Of a DNA stretch of 64,000 nt, positions 1-11,261 are shown one piece after another. Source of the stretch: Candidatus Cloacimonadaceae bacterium (GTDB taxonomy: Bacteria > Cloacimonadota > Cloacimonadia > Cloacimonadales > TCS61); NCBI GenBank assembly GCA_942491655.1, contig CALOBL010000015.1, positions 2,046-66,045 on the forward strand, in the 5' to 3' direction. The notes under the pieces are model-generated. The model saw only the letters and a program-made list of their open reading frames with translations, ran no database searches and was not told the origin of the DNA. Position numbers and translations under genes: made by a program. The first letter of the stretch is position 1; every line of letters begins with the position of its first letter.

Positions 1-121
1 CGTACAATTTGTTATCATAATGCTTCATGGTGATCCCGAACACATCATGACCTTCTTTCAGAAGCAGTGCTGCTGCCACCGAGCTGTCTACACCACCACT
101 CATTGCAACTGCGATTTTCAT
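1..121 (-). CDS. mnmA: tRNA 2-thiouridylase MnmA, N-terminal part (runs off window edge)
   Basis: Manual translation from ATG at 121: [35 protein letters not shown]; SGGVDS PP-loop. Not in the ORF track. Confidence 0.9.
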   Translation of the reverse strand, partial: MKIAVAMSGGVDSSVAAALLLKEGHDVFGITMKHYDNKLY

Positions 122-127
122 GGAAAA

Positions 128-1380
128 TTATCCCTTAATTCGTTTGATATCAGCGCCGATACCGGTTAATTTTTGTTCAATTCTCTCGTAACCACGGTCA
201 ATATGATAGATCCTGGAGATGGTAGTTTCACCCTGAGCAGCAAGTCCGGCCAGAACAAGTGCAGCACTGGCTCTAAGGTCTGTTGCCATCACCTGAGCAC
301 CACTGAGATTCTTAACACCATCTATCAGAGCAGTATTGGCTTCCATGGCAATATCTGCATCCAGTCTGTTCAATTCAGCAACATGCATGAATCTATCTGG
401 AAAGACCGTATCTGTAATTTTTGATTTACCTTCTGCCAAAGTCATTAAAGCCAGAAATTGAGCCTGCAGGTCGGTTGGGAAGGCGGGGTAAGGTGCTGTA
501 GTAATATCAACAGGAAGAATTTTCTTTCCCGGCATGATCCTGATCCTGTTTTCAGCTATATCAAGCTTGCACCCGGTTTTTTCCAACTCTATTGTAAAAG
601 CTGATATATGTTCCGGCTGGCAATTTGTCACAGTTATCTCGCTTCCCGTAATCGCTCCGGCTATCAGGAAGGTGCCAGCTTCGATCCTGTCAGGTATCAT
701 CTCAGCTTCTACAGGGGAAAGCTTGCTTACACCTTTTACCGTTAGAACATCACTTCCAATACCGGAGATCTCAGCCCCCATTCTGTTCATAAAGTCGATC
801 AGGCTACCGATCTCAGGTTCACAGGCCGCATTTTTTATTGTTGTGACTCCCTTTGCTGTTACGGCAGCCATCAGGGCATTTGCTGTGGCTCCCACACTAA
901 CTTTAGGGAATTCGATCTCGGAGCCTTTCAATCTCTGGCATTTTGATAAAATATAGCCATGCGAAATTTCTATTTCCGCTCCCAGTTTCTCCATGGCCAT
1001 CAAGTGTAGATCTACGGGTCTTGTTCCAATCGCACAACCACCCGGGAATGATACTTTGGCTTCTCCGAATCTGGCCAGCAGTGGACCCATCACATAAATT
1101 GAAGCCCGCATTTTGCTTACCAGTTCATAGGGCGCTTCGAAATAGCTGCAGTGGGTGCTGTCGATCTCCAGAGTGCCATCATCATAATCTACCCGTGCCC
1201 TATCACCCTTAGAACATGTGCCATCATTTTGATGTCATTGAGATATGGTACATTGTGCAGTACAGATTTTCCTTTGGCCAGCAAAGCTGCTGTCATGATA
1301 GGCAAAATTGCATTCTTAGAACCGCTTACTCTTATTTCTCCGCTCAGCTTTTTTCCGCCGTTTATTATGAATTTATCCAT
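128..1380 (-). CDS. murA: UDP-N-acetylglucosamine 1-carboxyvinyltransferase (one apparent frameshift near 1197)
   Basis: ORF 1189-1380 (SGSKNAILP) plus ORF 128-1111 (RASIYVMGPLLAR, GGCAIGTRPVDLH, AFPTDLQAQ). Adding one G to a GGG run joins them as VIGARVDYDDGTLEID. Confidence 0.95.
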
Positions 1381-1381
1381 A

Positions 1382-2320
1382 TCAAGTTTCCTTTATATCC
1401 ACTTCTAAATGCTGTGCTAATTTATCAAGTGCTATTTTATGTTTGGTTCTATCCATTTGAGAAAGATTGTATAATTTCCATCTCACAGCCGGCAATTTCC
1501 TCATGTGATCAACTTCAAATAAATCCCATTTTGGTTCCATCTTTTTGAAGGAAATTATGAAATTTTTCTCATTTTCAGTTAAAGCTTCGTTTATATCTTT
1601 GATCAATTTATTTCGTGTTTCAATTAGCTGCTGTAAGGAAAACTCAATTCTTGTCATACCTCTGAACTCTGTTTCAAAAATATGATCAATGTCAATCAGG
1701 TGGGGATTCAACATTTCATAGATTGGTCTGGGATGGCTTAGTAGATATACGATTAATGCTTTGCGAATTTCTTCGGTCAACCCTTCATTCTGATATAAAA
1801 TTCTAATATCAAAAAGATCTCGCGGATGTTGTCGATCCAATGCAGCACAAATCTTTCCTGCATATAGATCTGGTGTAGAAAGAGTTTGGACTTGTACATT
1901 TTTTTTGAATAATTGCTGAGCCTCAGGAGATAATGTTCTGTTCTGCGGAGGGAATACAAAGCCCCTTAAAACTGGATTTATCTCAATCTTGATAAAAAAA
2001 TATTCCACAAAAACAGCTAATGTACTGATATACTTTGTTCCTTTAATAACTTTCTGCTTTGTACTGCTCCCTGGAATACGATGCTTTATGTAATCTTCGA
2101 AACGTAACAGCATGGAAGACATTTCCTCTAGACTTTTAAGCCTATCTTTTATTGGAAGATAGCTGAGGTCGATGTCGACTGATAATCTTTCCAGATTTCG
2201 AGTAAAAAGATTTATTGCACTTCCACCTTTTAAGGCAAAATCTCTTTCTTTTCCAAGAAAGGGAAATAACTCCAGTAAAAAATTTGTTTGATCAAAATAC
2301 CGGGATTTCATCATTTTCAT
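1382..2320 (-). CDS. abiEii: AbiEii/AbiGii-family nucleotidyltransferase toxin (type IV TA)
   Basis: ALKGGSAINLF...RLSVDIDL nucleotidyltransferase motif, KICAALDRQHPRDLFD motif; overlaps the antitoxin gene upstream. Confidence 0.88.
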   Translation of the reverse strand: MKMMKSRYFDQTNFLLELFPFLGKERDFALKGGSAINLFTRNLERLSVDIDLSYLPIKDRLKSLEEMSSMLLRFEDYIKHRIPGSSTKQKVIKGTKYISTLAVFVEYFFIKIEINPVLRGFVFPPQNRTLSPEAQQLFKKNVQVQTLSTPDLYAGKICAALDRQHPRDLFDIRILYQNEGLTEEIRKALIVYLLSHPRPIYEMLNPHLIDIDHIFETEFRGMTRIEFSLQQLIETRNKLIKDINEALTENEKNFIISFKKMEPKWDLFEVDHMRKLPAVRWKLYNLSQMDRTKHKIALDKLAQHLEVDIKET

Positions 2321-3066
2321 TCATTTCAGGAACAGTTATTAGATATTTTTTATTAAGTATACCATTCTTTACTATTTCCCTTTTCCCATGGCCAAGACCA
2401 ATATTTTTTAGATTTAATTCCTTGTACCAGAAATGTTCTGTTTGGTCTGCAAAGAAAAGAAATAACCTTTTCACTTTTATGGAATTACAACTCTCTAACA
2501 AATTCTGCACAATGTTAGAGCGTAAAGTAGTTAAATTCTGGAATATTTTAAATGCCTCATCAAAACTTTGTTTCTGAGGAAGGTTATGCAGCATTTCAAA
2601 CGCAGCTAATTCGGGCGAAGATATTTTCACAGAAAAACTCTTGTGCTGATACTCCACCAGAAATTCATCTGGATAATCTGAAAATAGATCTGATGCCCGG
2701 AAAATACATTTATCAGCATCCTGCAATCTCTTGAACCATACTGGCATTCTGTCTTTTGGAGTAGCATATAAATAGATATTATGATATTGGAATGGTATGT
2801 AATGTGCCAGACCAAGTAGCTGTAATGCAGATTTACCTGCCGGATGTATTCTGGACTGGGTTTGAGTTTGTAATGTATAAATACCACCCAGCCAGTTCAC
2901 TTCATCTCCCTGCTGTATAAATACTCCACGGCCGATACTTTCCAGCCAGCCACTTTTTTTATATTGAAATATTAATGCATTACTGAACCCCAAACTGTTT
3001 AAATGTCTTCGATGTACATGCTGTTCCCCGGGGCCAGTTCCGCAGTAACCAGTATATTTTTACCAT
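2292..3066 (-). CDS. abiEi: AbiEi-family antitoxin/transcriptional regulator (apparent frameshift near 3005)
   Basis: ATG at 3066 gives MVKIYWLLRNWPRGTACTS, continuing after a 1-nt shift into LGFSNALIFQYKKSGWLESIGRGVF...SPELAAFEML...KVKRLFLFFA, typical of AbiEi_3-type antitoxins. Confidence 0.85.
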
Positions 3067-3102
3067 GATATATTTACTAATCCTTGATCTATGCAGGAAA
3101 TA

Positions 3103-3146
3103 TTAAACCAGTATTGGTTTAAAAAAAATCCTATAAATCTATTATA
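3103..3146 (-). promoter_or_regulatory. Putative abiE promoter: TATAAT -10 (3141-3146) and palindromic operator (3103-3122)
   Basis: TTAAACCA-gtat-TGGTTTAA is a perfect 8-bp inverted repeat lying between a minus-strand TATAAT and the abiEi start. AbiEi proteins are known to autorepress via inverted repeats. Confidence 0.55.
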
Positions 3147-3172
3147 CCTTTATTAATGGGGGCAATCATAAA

Positions 3173-4031
3173 CTAAACGGTTTTGGCTGCAAGCTTTTTT
3201 TCTATCCTCATGATCCGGTCGAAACCATTCAGATCCTGAAAAACTGTAATCTTTGAAAAACCTCTTTCTAAAGCGATAATCCTGATCTCTTCAGCTTGAT
3301 CGTGACCGATCTCAAAATAGATCTTACCGTTATCAGTCAGGTACTTCTCCACCTCATTCAGTATTTTTCGATAGAAATATAATCCATTCTCCTCTGACAG
3401 AAGAGCGTTTCCCGGTTCAAAATCTTTAACTTCGGAAGGAAGTCCGGTGAATTCTGCCGGGGAAATGTATGGTGGATTAGAGACAATTATGTCATATTTT
3501 TTTTGTGATTCTGGAAAATACATCAGACTGGAAAAATTTAACTTCAGCACCATTTAATTCAGCATTTTCCCTTGCGGTCTGCAGCGCTTCAGAAGAAATA
3601 TCAACGGCATCAATCTGAACATTATCTAGTTCTTTTGCCAGTGCAATTGCTATACATCCTGATCCAGTACCAATGTCCAGAATATTTGTTACTCCGCTTG
3701 AATGTTCAATCACCTTTTCTACCAGAAGTTCTGTTTCAGGACGGGGAATGAGAACAGATTTGTTTACTTTTATCCGGCAGTCGTAAAATTCCGTTTCTCC
3801 CAGAATGTATTGTAGCGGTTCATTTTTACTTCTTCTAATGATCATCTGCTTGATCATTTCTCTTTCCTCTGGTGTCACGATCTGATCAAATTTCAGATAT
3901 AGATCCAGTCTTTTCAGATCTAATACATGGGAAACTAGTATTTCAGCGTTCAACCTGGGATTTTCGATCTGTTTTTCACGGAAGAATTCTTTTGTCCAAT
4001 TCAGAATTTCCAGTATCGTCCAGCTTTTCAA
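3173..4031 (-). CDS. prmC: Release factor glutamine methyltransferase (frameshift in an 8-A run, 3497-3504)
   Basis: EPLQYILG, VLIPRPETELLVE, LDIGTGSGCIA and NPPY motifs split over ORFs 3492-4031 and 3173-3553. Confidence 0.93.
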
Positions 4032-4051
4032 ATTTCCTTCCTTTAATTTAC

Positions 4052-4085
4052 AAATAAAAAACCTTCAAGGTATGCCTCGAAGGTT
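4052..4085 (-). terminator. Rho-independent terminator after fusA
   Basis: Stem AACCTTCAAGG/CCTCGAAGGTT (one mismatch) with 4-nt loop, followed by a U-tract on the minus strand. Confidence 0.7.
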
Positions 4086-4109
4086 AAAGTCTGTTCAATA
4101 AGTCAGGAA

Positions 4110-6200
4110 TTAATACCCTCTAACCTTCTTTAAAATTTTCTCCTGAATATTGGCAGGAGTTTTTTCATGTCTAAGGAATTCAATTGTATGAACAGCTCTA
4201 CCTTGTGATATGGAGCGCAGCTGAGTGGCATATCCGAATAATTCACTCATGGGGATCTCTGCTACGATCTCCTGCTTCATACCGCTGGCTCTTATCGTAT
4301 CTATCTTGCCGCGTTTGGAATTAATATCTCCAATTATCTCACCCACAAATTCATCCGGAGTGATAACATTTACCAGCATCAGGGGTTCCATAATAACTGC
4401 ATCAGATTTTCTTAAACCGTTGCTGATGGCAATGGATGTTGCTATCCCGAATGCTGCTTCACTGGAATCAACTTCATTGAACTTGCCGCCGACCAGCTCC
4501 ACTTTAACCCGTTCTACTGGACTGCTCATCAAAGGTCCGTCCATCAAAGCATTGATAGCACTGATTGCAATTGTATCCCAGTAGGCATGAGGTATGATCT
4601 CATCTGTAATGGAATTTACAAAAATATTTCTTTTCCCGGCAGGAAGATCATCTAATTCCATTGGAATCAACTTTAGATTCACTACTGCAAAATGACCCTT
4701 ACCACCCATTTCGCGAATAAATTCTCCCTCTACACGGACAGCTTTCTGAATGGTCTCTTTATAAGCAACCTGAGGATTTCCAACATTGGCATTTACATTG
4801 AATTCTCTCTTCAATCTGTCGATGATTACTTCCAGATGCAGTTCACCCATACCGGAGATCAAAGTCTGTCCGGTATCTTTGTTTTGAGTTACTTTAAAGG
4901 TTGGATCCTCTTCTTCCAGTTTTCTCAAAGCTTCCGCCAGTGCATCCTGATCTGCTTTGGTCTTGGGCTCTATTGCTGTGGAAATAACGGAATCCGGGAA
5001 AGTTATGGTGGAGAGTAGTATATCAAGCTCGGGATCGGTTATTGTGTCACCTGTACGCAGGAATTTTGGACCCACAATTGCTCCGATATCACCTGCTTTC
5101 AACTCCAGGATATCTTTCCTTTTGTTGGAATGTATCTGCAAAATACGGGATATCCTTTCCTTCTTATCATTGGTATGATTAAGAACGGTCCCACCTCTTT
5201 TAATGGAACCAGAATATACTCTAACGTAGATAACCTTACCGACAAATTTATCCATTTGGACTTTAAAAGCCAGGGCTGAGAATTTTTCATTCTCATCTGG
5301 AACGATCTCTATTTTCTGAGAATTTCCTTTCATGATCCCTGTAGCTGGTTCAACATCCAGCGGGGAGGGAAGATAATCCGTGATAGCATCCAGCAAAGGT
5401 TGAACACCTGTATTTTTCAAAGAAGATCCGCACATTACAGGCACAAATTGATGCTCTATCACAGCTTTTCGAATAGCTTTGATGATCTCATCTTCGGTGA
5501 TTTCAGTTTCTTCCAGGATCTTTTCCAGCAGGACATCATCGAATTCAGATAAATGCTCCAGCAGCTTTTCCCGGGCTTCCTCAGCCTGTTCCTGGTAATC
5601 ATCAGGTATCTTGTGATAAAGGAATTTCACACCTTGAGTTGCCTGATCAAAATGAATTGATCGCATTTTTACCAGATCAATCACTGCTTCAAAATTATCT
5701 TCTTTACCAAGCGGGATCTGGATTGGCAGGGCATTGACTGTCAGTCGGTCATGAATCATATCTATCACATGAAAGAAATCAGCACCGGAACGGTCCATTT
5801 TATTAACAAAAGCAATACGGGGAACATTATAGCGGTCTGCCTGATGCCAGACAGTTTCAGATTGAGGTTCAACACCACCTACCGCGCAGAAGACTCCCAC
5901 AGCTCCATCCAGGATCCTGAGAGAACGCTCAACTTCTGCAGTAAAATCTACGTGGCCGGGCGTGTCAATAATATTGATCTGATGCTTATTCCAGAAACAG
6001 GTTGTGCAGGCCGAGGTAATGGTGATTCCCCTTTCCCGTTCCTGCTCCATCCAATCCATCACGGCATTTCCGTCATGAACCTCGCCCATTTTATGAATGA
6101 TGCCGGTATAGAACAACATCCTTTCGGTTGTAGTTGTTTTACCGGCATCAATATGAGCCATTATACCGATGTTTCTAATGTCAGAAAGTTCAACTGGCAT
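4110..6200 (-). CDS. fusA: Elongation factor G (str-operon copy, divergent domain IV)
   Basis: [24 protein letters not shown] GTPase motifs; 696 aa; directly after rpsG. Confidence 0.95.
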   Translation of the reverse strand: MPVELSDIRNIGIMAHIDAGKTTTTERMLFYTGIIHKMGEVHDGNAVMDWMEQERERGITITSACTTCFWNKHQINIIDTPGHVDFTAEVERSLRILDGAVGVFCAVGGVEPQSETVWHQADRYNVPRIAFVNKMDRSGADFFHVIDMIHDRLTVNALPIQIPLGKEDNFEAVIDLVKMRSIHFDQATQGVKFLYHKIPDDYQEQAEEAREKLLEHLSEFDDVLLEKILEETEITEDEIIKAIRKAVIEHQFVPVMCGSSLKNTGVQPLLDAITDYLPSPLDVEPATGIMKGNSQKIEIVPDENEKFSALAFKVQMDKFVGKVIYVRVYSGSIKRGGTVLNHTNDKKERISRILQIHSNKRKDILELKAGDIGAIVGPKFLRTGDTITDPELDILLSTITFPDSVISTAIEPKTKADQDALAEALRKLEEEDPTFKVTQNKDTGQTLISGMGELHLEVIIDRLKREFNVNANVGNPQVAYKETIQKAVRVEGEFIREMGGKGHFAVVNLKLIPMELDDLPAGKRNIFVNSITDEIIPHAYWDTIAISAINALMDGPLMSSPVERVKVELVGGKFNEVDSSEAAFGIATSIAISNGLRKSDAVIMEPLMLVNVITPDEFVGEIIGDINSKRGKIDTIRASGMKQEIVAEIPMSELFGYATQLRSISQGRAVHTIEFLRHEKTPANIQEKILKKVRGY

Positions 6201-6214
6201 AATGATTAAATTTC

Positions 6215-6685
6215 TTATATTCTGAAATGGGCAAAAGCTTTGTTGGCTTCGGCCATTTTATGCGTGTCTTCGCGTTTTTTAATACTTGCACCTTCTTTTT
6301 TGTAAGCAGCTAGTAATTCGGCAGCAAGTCTTTCAGTCATGGTTTTTTCTGAACGGCCGCGTGAATAACCAATGATCCAGCGAAAAGCCAGAGCCATAGC
6401 ATTTTTAGGTGTTACTTCAGTTGGAACCTGATAGTTGGCACCACCCACACGTCTGGAAACAACTTTAATTAAAGGTCTTACGTTTTCCAGTGCCTGGGTG
6501 AAAACTTCCATCGGTTCTTCTTTGGTTCTCTCATGAATAAGATCAAGAGCACCGTAAACAACTTTCTCTGCTATACTCTTCTTGCCTTGCTTCATTACTG
6601 TGTTTATGAACTGGCTTAAGACGATGCTATTATATTTGGGATCAGGAAATATTTCTCTTTCGATTGTTTTACGTCTTCTTGACAT
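6215..6685 (-). CDS. rpsG: 30S ribosomal protein S7
   Basis: MSRRRK...[33 protein letters not shown]. Confidence 0.98.
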   Translation of the reverse strand: MSRRRKTIEREIFPDPKYNSIVLSQFINTVMKQGKKSIAEKVVYGALDLIHERTKEEPMEVFTQALENVRPLIKVVSRRVGGANYQVPTEVTPKNAMALAFRWIIGYSRGRSEKTMTERLAAELLAAYKKEGASIKKREDTHKMAEANKAFAHFRI

Positions 6686-6695
6686 TTAATTCCTC

Positions 6696-7070
6696 CTACT
6701 TCTTAGGTCTCTTGGTTCCATATTTGGAACGGCTGTTAACTCGATTTTCAACTCCAGCTGTATCAAGAGCACCTCGTACGATATGATATCTAACACCTGG
6801 TAAGTCTTTTACTCTGCCGCCACGTACTAATACGATACTGTGTTCCTGCAGATTATGACCTTCACCCGGAATATAAACTGTCACTTCAAAACCATTGGTC
6901 AATCTGACCCTGGCTACTTTTCTCAATGCCGAATTCGGCTTTTTTGGGGTTGTTGTGTAAACCCTGGTACATACTCCTCGCCTTTGAGGACATGAGGAAA
7001 GGGCACGGTTTTTCTTTTTCTTTTCTATTTGCTTTCTGCCCTTTCTGACTAACTGATTAATTGTTGGCAC
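6696..7070 (-). CDS. rpsL: 30S ribosomal protein S12
   Basis: [34 protein letters not shown]. Confidence 0.98.
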   Translation of the reverse strand: MPTINQLVRKGRKQIEKKKKNRALSSCPQRRGVCTRVYTTTPKKPNSALRKVARVRLTNGFEVTVYIPGEGHNLQEHSIVLVRGGRVKDLPGVRYHIVRGALDTAGVENRVNSRSKYGTKRPKK

Positions 7071-7091
7071 AATTTCCTCCGTCTTTTTTAT

Positions 7092-10000
7092 TTAAAAATC
7101 AAGGATGTCTTCCAGATCTTCTGATTCTTCGGTATGAGCAAAATCTTTAATGATAGTACTGATGGTATTTCCTTCATCAACAGCTTTCTTGATCTGGTTG
7201 TTATAGAATTTAGTACCGGTACCGATCGGAATTCTATGACCGATGATGATACTTTCCTTCAACCCTTCCAAATGGTCTACGCTGCCCTCTATGGAGGCCT
7301 GGGTCAATACCTTGGTGGTCTCCTGGAAAGAAGCAGCCGATAACCAGCTGTCTGTTAATAAGGAAGCTTTTGTAATACCAAGCAGCAATTGCTCAAATGT
7401 GGCTCCTTCGCCACCCTCTTGTTCGATTCTACTGTTTTCTTTCATCACTTGATTTCTATCTGCAATTTCTCCTTCCAGGAACATGGTATGTCCCGGATTG
7501 AGGATCTTCAGTTTCTTAAACATCTGTCGGATGATAACACCGATATGCTTGTCATCGATCTTTACACCCTGTTTACGGTAAACTTCCTGGATTTCATTCA
7601 GGATCAGCATCTGAGCAGCATTGATACCCTTGGCTTTCAGAATATCATGCGGATCAAGCGGACCGCCGGATAAGGCATCACCACTTTCTACCTGGTCGCC
7701 CTGATGCACAATGATTCTCTTACCTGGAGGAATAACGTATTTTCTTCTCGGTTCCACTTTCAGATTTTATAAAGATTACACGGCCTGATTTAGTCAGATC
7801 ACCGATCGAAACAATTCCGGCAATTTCAGACAGGATTGCTTTGTCCTTCGGCACCCGGGCTTCAAACAGATCTTGAACTCGTGGAAGACCACCAGTAATA
7901 TCACTTTGTTTAACCGTTATTCTGGAAGATTTTCCTAGCACATCACCCGGATCTACATAAACACCATCTTGTATCTCAACGCTTAAACCGGTAGGAATCG
8001 GAACCAGCTCTTCTTCACCACTTTTCTGGAGAATCTTGAACTGAGCCTGGATCTTACGGTCTTTAGACTCGATGGTCGTGATCTCACGGGAACCGGTAAG
8101 CTCATTGAACTCTTCTTTATAGGTTACATCTTTAATGAAATGTTCAAATTTAAGTTTACCTTTGGCAGTTGCAATCAGTGGATTGTTATAGTGGTCCCAG
8201 CTGAAAAGTTTAGTGTTCTTAACAATTTTCTGACCATCTTTAACATAAATTGTAGCTGCATATTCAACTTTATATTCTTCCGATTCGGAAGTTTCTTCAT
8301 TTTCTATAATTACACTACCGATATGACTGATGGAAACCAGCTCTTTATTACGGTTAACAACTGTATTCATACGGTTGAATTTGACCACACCATCTATGTT
8401 GGCTACAACCTCTGCCAGGTCAACATCTGTACTTGTTGTTCCACCAATATGGAAAGTTCTAAGAGTAAGCTGAGTTCCAGGTTCTCCAATACTCTGAGCC
8501 GCTATCACACCCACCGGCTCACCAATGGTTACAGGTTTCTGGGTTGCAAGGTTACGTCCGTAACATTTGCCACAAATACCTCTTTCAGATTCACAGGTAA
8601 GTACTGTACGGATCTTAACACTGTTGATACCGTGATTCTGGATCCTGAGAGCCATTTCATTAGTGATCTCTGAATTTGCTTCCACAATGATTTTTTCCGT
8701 TACAGGATCGATAATATCTTCAGCTGCAGCTCTACCCTTTGATCCTTTCAGATAAAGGTTCTACAGTCTCCAACCCTTCTTTCAGGGCGGAAACGGAAAT
8801 ACCTTCGATTGTACCGCAATCCATTTCGTTAACAACCGCGTTCTGGGCTACATCCACCAGACGCCTGGTCAGGTAGCCGGCATCAGCAGTTTTCAATGCT
8901 GTATCTGCCAGACCTTTACGAGCACCATGGGTAGATATAAAGTATTCCAGTACGGTCAATCCTTCCTTGAAATTAGACTTGATCGGGGTTTCAATAACCT
9001 CGGCTATACTGTCTGATGTTCCCTTGGAAGGTTTGTCCATCAAACCACGCATAGCTCCCAGCTGTTTAATCTGGTCTTTACCACCACGGGCACCGGAAAT
9101 ATACATCATGTTTATGGAATTGAATCCATCCTGATCTGATTCCAGCTGCTCCATCAATACATCTGTAACCAGTTCAGTAGTTACTTTCCATTTATCAATG
9201 ATTCTGTTGTAACGCTCTGTTTCAGTAATCTCACCATTCAGGTAACTTTCAATGATCGTCTGTACTTCCTTCTCTGTCTTATTGATGATAGCATCTTTTT
9301 TAGTTGGAGAAAGAACATCACTGATACTGAAAGTGATTCCCGCTTTAGTAGCATATTTGAATCCGAGATCTTTCATTTCATCAAGGAATAATGCAGTTCT
9401 ATGCTGTCCTACATGATCGAAACATTCCATTGCCAGATCATTAAGTTTTCCCTTTGTAAAAGTAATATTCTTGTACGGCACCTTGTCCGGAAGAATATTA
9501 TTGAAGATCACTCTGCCTACGGTTGTTGTAACTAATTTGTTATTTATTAATACTTTAACCCAGCTGTGAATGTCCAGGTCTCTTACTTTATTATCTACAC
9601 CTTTTCTGTTATGAATAAGTTCATTATGCTGATAGATCAGAATAAGTTCTTCCGGAGAACTGAAGTATTTACGTTTCCAGTAATCATCTTTCTCTGCAGG
9701 TTCATTTACCCTGTTCACGGTTAAATAGTAAATACCCAGCACAATGTCCTGATTGGCTGCCATGGCAAGTTTACCGCTGGCAGGGAGCAGAAGATTTCTG
9801 GTGGAAAGCATAAGCACTCTAGCTTCCATCTGGGCTTCATAAGATAAAGGAACATGAACTGCCATCTGGTCGCCATCAAAGTCGGCGTTGTAAGGAGTAC
9901 AGACCAGGGGATGCAGCTCAATAGCCTTTCCTTCTGTAAGAACAGGCATAAATGCCTGAATACCATGTTTATGCAGTGTGGGTGCACGGTTCAACAGGAT

Positions 10001-11251
10001 CGGATAATCTTTGATCACTTCTTCCAGGATCTTCCAGATCTGAGGTTTCTGCTTCTCTATAAGTTTCTTGGCTGTTTTGGCTTTCTCTACTTCACCCAGC
10101 TTTTCCAGCCTTTCAATTATAAAAGGTTTGAACAACTCAATAGCCATCTCTTTCGGTAAACCACACTGATGCAGTTTAAGATTTGGTCCTACTGTAATAA
10201 CTGAACGTCCGGAATAATCCACTCGTTTTCCCAGTAGATTCTGACGGAACCTTCCGGTTTTACCCTTTAACTGGTCAGCAAGTGCTTTCAAAGGTCGATT
10301 GCCACGTCCTTTTACAGGTCGTGATTTTCTGGAATTATCGATCAGAGCATCTACCGCTTCCTGCAGCATTCTCTTTTCATTCCTTAAAATAACTTCCGGA
10401 GCATTGATCTCGATTAGACCGCGCAGACGATTATTCCTGGTTATTACTCGTCGGTAGAGCTCGTTGAAATCTGCTGTTGCAAATCTACCACCATCCAGTT
10501 GTACAAGCGGACGTAGAGTAGGGGGGAGTACAGGAAGAACTTCCATGATCATCCATTCCGCCTGGTTTCCAGATTTCCTGAAAGCATCTACGACCTTAAG
10601 TCGTTTGATCGCTTTCTGTTTTTTCTGGATCGAGGTTTCCATTTTAATAATGGTACGAAGGTTCATGGATTCATCTTCAAGATTGATCTCTTCCAGTAGG
10701 AACTTAATAGCGTCAGCTCCCATTCGGGCATCAAAACTGTTGCTCAACCGGTCTCTGATCTCGTAATATTCGTCAACATCGATCAGATCTTTCTTCTCAA
10801 AATCACCATCACCCGGATCTAGAACCATGAAAGATTCGTAATAGAGGACTCTTTCCAGCTTATTTACCGGCATATCCAGCAGAGTACCGATCACACTTGG
10901 CAGGCTTTTCACAAACCAGATGTGTGCTATTGGTACGGCCAACTCAATATGCCCCATTCTGCGTCTTCTCTCGCGGGATGTCGTGATCTCTACACCGCAA
11001 CGATCGCAGATAGTATTCTGGAATCTCTTTTTCTTGTATTTACCGCAGCTGCATTCATAATCTTTTTCAGGACCAAAGATCCTTTCACAGAATAATCCGC
11101 CCTTTTCGGGTTTCAAAGTTCTATAATTAAGCGTATCTGGTTTTATCACTTCACCGTAAGACCATTCTCGGATGGTATCGGGAGAAGCGATTTTGATCTT
11201 TACTTTATCGTAATTTTCTATTCTTTTATCTCTTTTAATTTCTCTAATCAC
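7092..11251 (-). CDS. rpoC: RNA polymerase beta' subunit (two apparent frameshifts, near 8735 and 7740)
   Basis: GTG start at 11251; zinc finger CSCGKY...CDRC, NADFDGD, AGYLTRRLVDVAQ, SAASFQETT across ORFs 8732-11293, 7720-8685 and 7092-7757. An extra G (GGG) and an extra A explain the breaks. Confidence 0.96.
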
Positions 11252-11261
11252 ATTTGCCCCC

